In this document: positions 14,401-25,000 of the stretch, in pieces
Layout: every line of letters starts with the position of its first letter
Position numbering within the stretch: the first letter of the stretch is position 1
Assembly (NCBI RefSeq): GCF_022539665.2
Contig: NC_081331.1
Span: forward strand, 6,510,001-6,574,000
From: Daphnia carinata
Lineage: Eukaryota
Reading direction: 5' to 3'
DNA: 64,000 bases
Translations under genes and position numbers: made by a program
The notes under the pieces: generated by a model
Told to the model about the DNA's origin: nothing
Database searches by the model: none
The model's input: only the letters and a program-made list of their open reading frames with translations

Positions 14401-15300
14401 AAATTTTCCTCCTCACTATGCGGTTACACTGACGGCTCGAAGTCCCCCATTTCCAACGTCACAACATGCGCGGCCGTGTTTCCCACAATCAATGTGGCAA
14501 AATCATGGACCCTACGTGAAGGATCGAGTGTCTTCACAGCCGAACTTCAAGCCGTCAAACAAGCCCTGCAAATAGTGTATAATCTGAATTACAGCCCACC
14601 AGCAACTACGATTTTTATTGACTCCAGCTCGGCCATCAAGGCCATAACCTCCACAGACCCCTCAGATAACGAGGCAATCCCAGAGATCCGGGAACTCATA
14701 GAGAGTCTTAAATCAAGTGGCACACTAACCACACTCGCATGGATACCGAGCCACTCTGGGATCGAAGGAAACGAACGAGCGGACAAACTCGCAGCGAGGG
14801 AATGCGCAAACAAACAGGGATCGGTAATAGCCAACAACCTCTCCCCCAGTGAAAAATGCTCCTTAATAAAACAGACCTGGGCAGAGGACTTCCTAATGGC
14901 TTTGAAAAAGTGCCACAAACGTAGTGTCCAAGTTATGTCCTCCCTCAGACCCAAGGCCTGGTATACGCACAAGGACAGAAAAATAACAATTTGCCTACAC
15001 AGACTACGGTCAGGCCACCATTATCTTAACTCCTTCAGCCACAAAATCAACCCGGAGGCCGACCCCAGATGCCGAATGGGATGTGAAACCATAGAGGACC
15101 CCCACCACGTACTGGTAGAATGCCCAAAGTACGAACAGTGCCGCCAAGAAATCCGCAGCTACCTCGCCAGCAATAACCTCGAGGTGAATCACGACAATAT
15201 ACTAGGTCTAAACACCTCAATCAGCCTCCAAAAACAACTAAAAATAAGGAATCTCATGGCCAAGTTCCTGACCAAAACCTCGTTAGTGAACATCATTTGA
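11473..15300 (+). CDS. LINE ORF2: APE endonuclease, reverse transcriptase, RNase H, C-terminal Cys/His motif
   Basis: Endonuclease motifs QWNARG, GDFNAH, SDHLP; RT motifs YRPISL, QQAGFR, FLDLAKAYD, GVPQGAVLSP, YADD; RNase H motifs YTDGS, AEL, DSSSA, WIPSHSGIEGNERADKLA; C-terminal CRMGC...H...C. 1275 aa without interruption. Confidence 0.97.
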   Translation: MINRPTTTPTENNFKCMQWNARGLTKAKLEEFRNFIALVNPEIVMLSETHWNKSFNVKFRSYHILKKDRPDKQGGGVAILVHKQLISSPIIIKQSATVEAIGVSVVLVNNNPLDFLSVYVPKGDCEVHEMEHLLSRQNRTVIGGDFNAHHSMWESGTQTNKAGRSIYTALLNSQDMCLITPVDLGTRIDPSTGKSSTIDLTITSAGLAAAASIEVGPYLGSDHLPLILTLNNTPTRSTGRPPTWIINEKKWGEWNNRLDKHLTEVNFPNIGDPETAATTFTNAINTANKTCFKQTQPQPKKCVAQNCPWWNEECYKRVKNARKAFREWCKTPLSSSKRTEWRKAEALKKKCIIAAKKKAWESFVTNLGTNDQPKLWSFTKGMTGKGSNPSPDGTTIKANEVSYNTPKEKAELFLDLFSGVHPSNIPTNNTFDLIINGKISSSHPSILNDPITMEEIEKCLPKSKSKAMGIDLIHNSMLRNLSSKNKSHLLQLFNTLLSKGHVPDHWKQSIVIPLLKPGKPAEDPTSYRPISLTSCLCKSLERVIANRLHWFLESKGKINRQQAGFRRGCSTADHIIQLEADIKLSFSKKSSTVAVFLDLAKAYDTVWTQGLLVKLARLGISGPILAWIKNFTTGRSMCVRIGDQTSQLKTIENGVPQGAVLSPTLFNIMLIDLPTHPPPIKTLLYADDITIYTSTRSPVDAEVTLQPALEKLHRWSREWRLDFAPAKSSTVVFTRSYKPGADPLLFLNGHRIPSHPTAKFLGVWFDQKLLWKTHIEQVTKKCLNLKSLFRIIANTKYGPSANTLLLLFKNLVRSKIDYGLMAYGNASKTNLEKINVVSRAILRNILGSKPSTPTEIIYAESGTEPIAARRRWLTSKYIVNLGHKPNNPTYRTARSLHDHPAKYPTRSAPCLAEEIENIKLLGLDTFPHTTHLPSHYKYPPPSRPPTCKTLWFPLTKKAAMECQARTVSTFKAMLEEKFSSSLCGYTDGSKSPISNVTTCAAVFPTINVAKSWTLREGSSVFTAELQAVKQALQIVYNLNYSPPATTIFIDSSSAIKAITSTDPSDNEAIPEIRELIESLKSSGTLTTLAWIPSHSGIEGNERADKLAARECANKQGSVIANNLSPSEKCSLIKQTWAEDFLMALKKCHKRSVQVMSSLRPKAWYTHKDRKITICLHRLRSGHHYLNSFSHKINPEADPRCRMGCETIEDPHHVLVECPKYEQCRQEIRSYLASNNLEVNHDNILGLNTSISLQKQLKIRNLMAKFLTKTSLVNII

Positions 15301-16317
15301 ACTAGGAGGAAATGGAATGAATACACCTATCCCCCATAACACAGAATAAACATGAAGTGGACACTTACACTGGTGGTGGAAGACTCGCATCCAAACTGGC
15401 AAGCAAGGCACAAATTCCAAGCAGGTGATACCACAAGGCACTTTCAATACCCAGGAGTGACAACTCCCCCTGTCACAACAACCTATGTAAAGTAAACCCA
15501 ATATACAGAATTACAGACGGAAGCAAAAATGTAAAAACGTGGATACTATACCAGCTCCCTGCCACTTTGGTGACAAAGAATCTCCCGGCAACTGAACTAG
15601 CCAGTCATCAGGCCTATAAACAGATAATCCAATTGATACAACCTGATTTGGGTCTCACCACAAACACAACAGCCTATTTAAAGTAGAGAAGGCATTAATC
15701 ACATTTGATAAATGGAAAACGCACAACAAACCTCAACCAAATTTACCATAACACACAGCATATAAGATCCCCTCTCCAGCCTACACACAAATGGCTAATG
15801 GAAATAGCCAACCTCAGCCATAAGAGCAACGTTGCTAACCATCCAACCAACGTTAATGTAATGCTCCCACAGCATCACAGCCAGGCCAACCTAAACACAG
15901 GTGAAGAAAAAACAAACCATAAGGACAAAACAAAACAAACAAGTGCGCCCCAAACTAGGAAAACAAACACCACGACATCCCTAAACACTTACATCACACG
16001 AGAACGCCACCGAGTAATAGGTATAACACTGGTACACAACACAGTCAAAAAAAACGAGTCGCTGAACAAAGGGGACGCCATGACCACACGCTGAGAAATA
16101 ACCGCCGCATTGGAAAGCAGCCTCGACATTGCCAGTTCACCTCTACACAGCCAGATGTCTCAACTGCCGTACCCACCCCCCCCCTACCCACAAACGCCAT
16201 CTATATCGAAGTAATACTCAACGACACACAAACGCCGGTGCGGAAGGTCTTCAATAATCTAAGAAGACCAGTGGCTGCGACGGGATGGCACCGTCGTCTG
16301 CAGCCTGCACCAAACTG

Positions 16318-16341
16318 TCACCAATTCACCAATTCACCAAT
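16318..16341 (+). repeat. (TCACCAAT)3 tandem tail at the LINE 3' end
   Basis: tcaccaat tcaccaat tcaccaat directly abutting and overlapping the 3' TSD copy. Confidence 0.85.
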
Positions 16342-17131
16342 ACCCAAAATCCCGAATGGGTTAAAATATGAATCCCGAAAAGGCTTATCAGGTTATCAGG
16401 ATACTCGCCTGTTCGCTACTCCTATGCTGGCTTCAAAATAAAATTACATCATTTCAGAATTTGAGGTCAAAATACTAGTGTACCATACCTATCCCCAATC
16501 ACAAAGATAAATCCAAGGATATACGGTCAATTAAAAAATACCAAGGAAAAGTATACGTACATTGATTTCTTTGAAGATCAAAACCATAAATTCAAGCAAC
16601 ATATACTGGAATGCACTCAAGGCGACAAGAAATAGATATTACCTGATCGCCACGACTTTTCAATGATTGTACAATGGAGAAAAAATTCGTCGGCCGTCAA
16701 AAAATAGACCATATAAAACTAACTAAAACGTAAACCCGGATTATTAGTGGTTAAGGAAACGTTAGTTGCCAAAGTGGTATGAAAATAACATTTTTGTTTT
16801 TCTACTGTACGTAGTTCTAAACTGTGCCAACGTCCCACATCCATTAAATAATTAACGGAGTACGCTACTAACACCACCTACTATTACTGAATCAAAATGA
16901 TTGAAGTTGTTTAATGTATAACGAATAACGATTCACAGGAATCCCATATTAATGGTAAATTTTAAACGTTCAGTAAATCTTCAGAATAGAAAACACAGGA
17001 AACATTTGGTCGACACTGAAATACTTAGCTCAAACAAAAATGTCAGTGATGAAATGTGAACATGAAATTGCCAATGTCCAGTGTTAAGCAAAGATGAACA
17101 ATCTCGGACTTAAATTCATGCAAAGTTCAGG

Positions 17132-18154
17132 TCATTCAGTTTCAACAACGATCGTACCACAAAGAATATCATAAAGCGTGCGATTGTGTTGCACAACCAT
17201 CAGTGGGAGGAAAGTTGGAAACAGAATAGCTGTCCCCATATTCTTTAGGAATGCTCGACCAAGAGATCTCCAAAACGTGACGCCTGTCGCAGGTTGCACA
17301 AGTACTCGACTTTCGCCTATTATGATAAATTTAATAATCGGTAAACGATAGTTATTTAGTAAAACACAGTACAAATGGATGACACGGTACATACCAACAG
17401 GGACACACTTGGTGCAGGAGATTATACTTATGCCCATTGTTCGTTTTCCTGGGGTGCCACCTTGCAGGGTGAAGCAAACCTCATAAAAAACTACTAGCAA
17501 ACGATGGATCAATTCAATAGTCAATAAATTTGCTGTGATTGCCATAGCCATTTCATAATCAGTTTCTTCTGTTAGGTCAGTGTCCGTTTGAAAAAAATTT
17601 GAATCTCTGTTGGTGTAAACATTGTTATTATTATAATTTTAATCAATTGGCATTTAGATTAGAGCTTACTCCATGTTCCAAGCATCTAGGACAGTTAATG
17701 TCAAAAATGCTTTGATGAAAAACAGCAAACCAAAATCAATAACTTCAGCCAACAATCGTTTGGAAAGCTTAGGAACTTCAAAAACTCTTCCTGTTTATTG
17801 TTAATACTGTAAGATTAACATGTGTAGGAATTCATGTGTAACCTTGGCTCATTTGAACCAGAGCAGCATACCTTCAATTTGTGCTTCTGCTGGGATGGAA
17901 CCTGGGACATTAGACTGTTGTCTCTGTTGGTGGTTTTGTACCTGTGGTTCTGGTGGAGCTGAAACTTCTGGGCTAGGTAATGGTCGATACCGACTTTGAA
18001 TAAATAGCGAAGGCATTAAATATGGAAGGCATTGCAATGCCTGCCATTGATAAGCTTCACCTAACCAGCTTCTCAGCTGATCGGTATATTCTGCCATTCC
18101 TTGGGGTTGTCCAGCAGAACCTACACTTTCTGATTCATCCACAATACTACTCAT
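17132..18154 (-). CDS. FAM8A1: FAM8A1-like RDD-domain membrane protein (4 exons)
   Basis: YTDQLRSWLGEAYQWQ N-terminus; RDD domain KRLLAEVIDF ... GGTPGKRTMGI ... RAFLKN ... HNRTLYDILCGTIVV. Confidence 0.88.
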
Positions 18155-19089
18155 AATATAGGTATTTTGGAGTGTGGACTCGAAAACGATTTGACTTAGT
18201 TCTAGTTTTTGTTTCAAAGATTACATTAACAGAAACCAAAACAAAAATCAGCTGAGGGAACTAACGCATCGATAGCTGGATATCGATCTAGAATCAAGTG
18301 ATATTCATAGTATTGAGATCGACTGATCGCGATAGGTAGATACACTGGAAAAACATGGGCTTCTGCATGCCTTAAGGCACGGATAGGAATGGGGAAACTA
18401 TCGTTTGAGTTACATAAAACCACTTCTTTCGCTAAGAATTCCTGCAATCTTATTTATTGGTATCAGCTCGTCAAAACGGCGGTAAGTTCAATCCTTAAAG
18501 AGTTGCATCTACGGGTTCAGACTGGATAGCAGACTCTACATTAAAGCTAATATGCAAAACGAATGGTAATAAATGTTTGCCATATTTTGGTTTCTCTGTT
18601 GGACGGTCCGGAATGAAAATTTTTATATTTTAGACGCCATTACTGAAATATACCATGAAGATGATAAAATCAATGGTTTAATACAAATTTTTAGAAATGA
18701 ATCGAAGACCATCGGTTCATCACGAAGAGGTTCGTATTTGACGAAAAAGTAATCCAACTACCTTATTCTCGAAGCAATAAATGTAACTTGGAATGCAAAA
18801 TGTCCATACAATTTCCTAAAAAAAAAGGCATTTCTAAATTCCTCCTATAAATTCATCACGAAAATCAAAATTTAGAAAATATGGTCGGTCTGCGCTTTAT
18901 TGTCTTGTCTAAAAAGGTGATATGTAGTACGACGAACCTACGATAGTAGGCGAACAGTTTCGATCTTGTGGTAATACCAATGGGTAAAGAAGTAAATGTT
19001 TTAATAAATTAAGTCTATGAATTTTTGCTAAATTGCTGAAAAAATATGTGCCAATAGAAATAGATAGAAAGTAGGCTAAAACCAAAAAT

Positions 19090-22000
19090 TCAATCTTTGA
19101 GTGATAGAGCAATACCAGCTCTGTACCAGTCGTCAACCATACCACAAGCAAAAGGTATGTCGAGTACTGTAATCAAGCGCTGTCGTTCCTCGTCAACATA
19201 CAGTGGCACTTTCACAGTATGCAACCCATTGGTCCGAGAAGAGTTCTGCAAACCCCATGGAAATGGTGCGTTAAACTAATGCATAGACTGATGAAAATAA
19301 TGGATACTGTACGAACCACTTCATCATCTGGTAACCACGACAAATAACAATGCGGAATTAAATTCCACGATGGAGTGTCTGGATAGCATTCATCTATTCC
19401 GACTCCTGATGCCATTCGGGCACCCTGGATGTGTATTCCGTTCAAGGTAGCAGTGATTTCATCAGATGCCCGTAACTGACCCTTGGATAACGGCGGCTTG
19501 TCCCATAACACCAATAACTGTAGAGAATCCATGGAAACTCCCAATTCTCTGTGAATTTTAGGGTGAAAAATTTTCAATTATGACTTTTAAAGTTTCAGTT
19601 TTTCAACCATTGCTAAATGCTACCTTGCACAATGTTGCCGGTGCACACTAAAGAAAGCCTCTGGGTTCATTAGCTCTGATAAATCTAAAACCTTGGTCAA
19701 TAATTGGCTCTTTTGGACTGATGGCAACCATTCTTCCGTAAGCGATCGAGCTCGTTTCACAAGAGAACGAAGAAACTGTTCTACTTGTAATGGTCCTTCC
19801 CACAAAGTGTACCACGATTTAGGAGTCTGGTAATGAAAAAAACCGCATCGGTTTAGTTCTTCAATACGCTGTCACTTTTTTGTGTGAATAACAAAGTACC
19901 TTCAGCGAAGAAATGTCAACTGCGGATTCCATCAGCGACAAGGACAACGGCAACCCAGATTTGAGAGATCGGTTTATGGCGGCCAGACACTGATGTACAA
20001 TATGTATCAAACGAACAGCCAATGCGCTTTCGGCCACAACGAATGCTGCCAACGGGCTCGATTGCACAGTTTCTGATAGTGATGAAATCAAGTCTTTGTT
20101 GGTCAAGAACGATGTTCCCTAGTTTAGATCAATCAAGCGTGTATGTTACATGTAAGGCATAAAACCTGTTTTTGTAATCAATGACAAATACCTGTAACAG
20201 GGATTTCCACGTACTGAAAACGGGGCTTAGCTTGTTCATTAATAGTTTGGCATCCCCGGTGACGTGCTGAGCTGTAGCCTGATAAAATGCTGGAAGGCAA
20301 AAGTCAATTTTAAATATCCAATGATACCCCATACAAAGTTAAAATCACAAAAGTACCTTTCAAACAAGCTGACAAGTAAATACTGTGATTGTATTGGACA
20401 GTCGTGTCAATGTTAGGTGGTAGCCCGAAGTATGATGATTTGTCTGTTTCAGGTAAATGGCGAACAATCCTTGCATAGTCCTAATATTGAATAAGAAAAT
20501 AATTAATAAATATAATAGTAGCACGCTTGACCAACGTTAAGAAGTTTTAATATATACCCGAAGGCTTTTCGACAATGGAATAGTAATTTCGTCATTAATA
20601 GCGAATCTTTCTTTTCCAAGGACGTCGTCGTTAAAGTACTGGGCTAGATAGGATCGAAGTATTCTCAGATCAAAGCTGTTATCAATACGACCACCATAAA
20701 TGACGTTCAATAGTAATCCGTTGAGATATTCCCAGCGATTACCTGCAAATCGTTTTGATTCGTTGTTGTCATATCAACCAACGATAAATAATGAATAACC
20801 AATACACACGTGTATGTTTGAACTTTAAAATGCGTAGGCTTACCCGAATCATCAATTTCTCTGAAAGCCTGCCCAAGGACTTCAGTTGCCGCTCGAAGAT
20901 CCGATTCGTTGAATTCATGCTTTTTTAGCCAACCTTGGGGAACGTAATTTCTTCTTTCCTGTTTAGAAGGAGATGAAATCAGGAATAATGATGAAGAACT
21001 AACTAGACCTACTTGAACAACAGCATGAAACCATGCTAATACGAACAACGCCTGCATGTGAATAGGGGAATCAGGCAAAGTACTCGAGTTCCAGGCTTCC
21101 ATAATTCGATTCAAGTTGCGTTTCATTCCTTGAGGTGCCTGTCGTCAAAAATCGATTTATGAATTTCAGATGGCAAGGGGAGAAAGTCGAAGTAGATACC
21201 TCGCTGACTATTTTCTTGCACCGTTGGAGAAGTGAAAGTGGCAAGGTAGAAACGGGTTCGGCCGTCATCCACAAACGGAAATCGACATGGAGATCATCGC
21301 TTTCCTCGCCACTAAGTTGGTTTATCAGCCGATCGAGAACTGGTAGCCAACCAGTAACTAAATGAACATTTTTCAGACAAATCCAATGTCCATTTCGAGC
21401 TGCTTGTCTCACGAACTCGGTTGCTTTTTCAGTTTCGTCGGTACCCATGGCGATCTCGACCAAACGATTGTCACCCAACGTGTCTCTGGCGAGTTCTTCG
21501 AGCTCAACAGTCATATCATAAGCACCTGAGCCATCACCAGGCAGCAGCACCAAAACAGGTTCAGCAGCAGAAGTCTCGATTAAAATAGTTCGCAAGCTTG
21601 ATGTTGCTGGGAATAACTCTGTCAATTCTAAACGAGTTTCGATCCAATGCAAAGTCAGAAATCAAAATCTTATAAACGTCAGGAGGTGCTTGTTGTTTAC
21701 CCAACGTCCTGGAGAGGAACTGTGTCAAAACGTCTATCAGCTTCTCAGGATAAATGGCTTGGACAACTAACACTTGTTGGAAGGGGGAAAGGGCCTGGCT
21801 GATGGCAGGCGGAATCGGCGTGCTGGATTTAGTCCACAGCGTAGTATCCTCCAGATGTAAGGCCGCGAATATGCTCGGAAAAAACGCCTATAACAAAATT
21901 GCGATTCGTATTTTTGAATGAAAATAAATCACGTAAAGTAATAAGCACTTTTAATGCCGACACGCTGGGCAAACGACTTGCGTCAATCCAACTCGGACGT

Positions 22001-25000
22001 TGAATCTGATTTGACTGGACTCTAGCAGATTTTTGTCCAGCAAACAATTCCCATTCCTAGTTGAAACAATGTTACTTGTCTGCTCCAGTTTAAAGAAAGT
22101 GTATGTCTATTACGTTTGGTTGGAAAATATGGCCGCACATTTCTCTTACGATGTGAGCAGCGGCCACCATTTTATCTGGTTTGAACACTGCCCGAGACAC
22201 CATGGTGTATACTGTCTTGAGAAGACGTTGTCGAATAAAGCCCAGTTTTTCTGGACCATTCTCAATCTAAACAAATAGCATGTGACATTAAGAGCTTCAA
22301 TCATAATGGAGGCTCTGCAGCCGTGAGATTGATTACGTTTTTGGAATCCAAATTCTTGAGGAATATTTGCATAAATGCCTGCACAGAAAACTGATAGCAA
22401 TGGTTGAGCTTCGAAAGCTCTCGAATGGCGAAAAACAAACGACTTGCAAACTGAGCCAATTCGTTATACGTTGATCTCTCCTTTTCCAACGAATATTGTA
22501 ATGCAAGTGACTCCTTTAGCGATTGCCCTATCGTAGCACTTGATTGCTTTAATTCTCTCAGTGATGTGAGCACATCCTAAATAAGAAAAAAACAGTTAGC
22601 CATTTCATTTGCTACGTATGGCTATTAAATAGAATATCGAGTTTTAACTGTGTTTTCTAAAATGTTTCCTTTTGAATTTCCTAGAGTTTGAAGAAGTTTC
22701 TCTTCCAACTGTGCCAACTGCAGTTTGAGCTGCTCTTCTTGCTCTAGAAGCTGTTTTTTGCGTTGTTCCAGTTCTGGGTTCTCATGTTTGACTGTCAATG
22801 CGACGAGCTGCCAGTTGTTAACAATGGAATAAATATTAAGCTATTAATTCCAGGACACGATTGAAGCAAATATGAATACCTGTTCGGATAGTCCTGCTTC
22901 TGTAGTGTTGAAATTGATAGTATTTACCAAAGCGTTGGCTTGTGGAGAAGCCATAGGCGCCAAGCCCGTCGACCGACTGAAGAGAAACAACCGAAAATTG
23001 TCGTTCCAGTCAACTAGTTTGTCGCCCAAACGCACGAGTTTTCTCACACCTGGAACAACAAAGAAATTTTGTCGGCAGTCAAACACATTTGCTGCTCACC
23101 GTACGCTTTTTATTGAGGGATTTACCTTGAATAACGTAGTCATTACGGAGAACGGGGAAAAGAATTGGATCTATGGCGTCGACGTCTTGAATAATTATTA
23201 CCTTACCAAACCTATAAATTCAGTTCATCAGAAATGAAAACAAAAGCAACATTATTAAATAACGTTAAACCTGATGGCGAGATCAAGAATGTTGGCGAAG
23301 CGCTCGTCTCTTTGTGAAGTAGTTTCGACAGTCATAGATTTATAATGCGCCATAATCCACTGAATGCTTTTGCCAGTAGCATCAAGTATGTGGGGGTATA
23401 ATGTGCCCTTTCAAATAAAGTTTGTTATAACTCGTTCTATCTTTCATTGAAAACGGAACCTACTTGCGTGATGGCTAGTGCATTATCCACGGCCAAATCA
23501 TCAGCTGCCAAGCCTTCGGATCGCCAAAGCATTAATTCTTGTTCGCTAGTCAAGAAATTCTTTAGCGAGAAAATCACTTCTTCATTGTCCTTTCTAGTTT
23601 CGGTGATGTTAACATGTTGTGAAAGCTTAAGTTGAGCCAACCAGCGAGACAGCGAATTTTTCCTCTCATCTTCCGTGGAACACGAAAGAAAATTTATGAA
23701 GGCAGCCGCCAACAGAGCGTGAAAAGCTACATTTTGACGATCTTGTTCCAGTTCTTCAAGCTATCCGAAAATGTAGCAAAAATTCATTCATTTTTGCACA
23801 GAGAAAGTTTATGATTATCCCTCCTTTTTTGAGGGGGTAATAAATTATACCTGTAATCGCCAACGGTCGTATTCATCCGCCAATTCGAGCACCAAGTTCT
23901 GCGAAACACTTAGCGTCTGTCTGGCTTTCTTGAGGCCGATTTCAATTTCGCTGGCTTCGCGAGTCGACACGGACAGCTGATCGCGCAAGAATGCCACCTG
24001 TTTGTCCACGTCGTTTAAGCCAGTTGCTAAACGATTCATGTTATCTTCAGCCGCTTGAAGATTCCTAATGCAAGCAAAAAAAATGAGGAGTTTAAAGGGG
24101 ACCGATGATAATTGTACGAGTATTTATACCTTCTAAGATTGGCTTGTTCTTGTTCCAGTGGTGTGATCCTTTCCAGAACTCGGGAGTAGCTGACATTAGC
24201 ATGAACCCAAGCCGCTAAAGGAGCAGCAGCAGCTGAGGCTCGACGGGCCACTCTGTCGTCGAAGGATTCTTTCCTGCGGTTTAGCAGCTGTTCGACCGCT
24301 CGTCGGCTATCAACCGATATTTTCCGTGCGTCGAAGGATCTACGATAAGCAAATTGGATTGGTTTTTGAAATGGGTATTACTTTATTTCATTACAACGTC
24401 CCTTCCTTGTTTTTTTTAACCAGTACACATTGAGACAGTTTAATATTGACGATTTTTCGTCACGTAGTGCAAACAGCGAAAGCCAAACACGCCGCGTTAC
24501 ACCCACATAAACAAATATGCGTAGAACAGACGAAGGAAAACAGCAAAAGTATGGCGAAGAATTTTCGCGTGATGAGATAGAAAGCGTGAAAAAGTGGTAA
24601 GAAAAGCTCCCTGTTTTCGTACATCCATACACACGATATGATGTTCAATATTCTCTGGCGCATTCGTGCGGAAAGGAATACAAAACTTGCGAGGACAAGC
24701 TTCGAAGAACGTGAGCGACGCCCGTTCCGAGACTCCAACGCTCATCAAATACGATGCGATGAATCAACTTTTCTGCTCATCTTGAGCAGCTGTTCTTTTA
24801 TTGTTAACGTACTAAACTTGATGGAACTTCCGAAGAAGTTTTATTTTTATTTAATATTAGCAACAAAGTTGAATAATAATATTAAGCTCTGGACTGGAAC
24901 TATCGGTAAAGTAGAGGGGGAAAAGCAATCGAAGGTGAAAGTCTGAAAACGATGCCGGGGCTATTCGAAACAACGTTGGGTTTCTAAAACAACGCACATT

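Larger units (their letters stand above)
10029..16339 (+). mobile_element. Full-length non-LTR retrotransposon, I group (I/Nimb/Outcast/Loner-like)
   Basis: Two intact ORFs and an A/C-rich strand bias. Flanked by the perfect 14-bp direct repeat ATACCCAAAATCCC (10015-10028 and 16340-16353). Ends in a (TCACCAAT)n tail. Confidence 0.95.

Noticed and set aside
15705..16094. 129-aa ORF in the LINE 3' UTR as a possible ORF3
   Set aside because: Starts at TTG, has low-complexity T/N/H/K content explained by the A/C-rich strand, and shows no motifs.
18226..18583. ORF fragments upstream of FAM8A1
   Set aside because: Interrupted by stops in all frames and no recognisable family; probably 5' leader.
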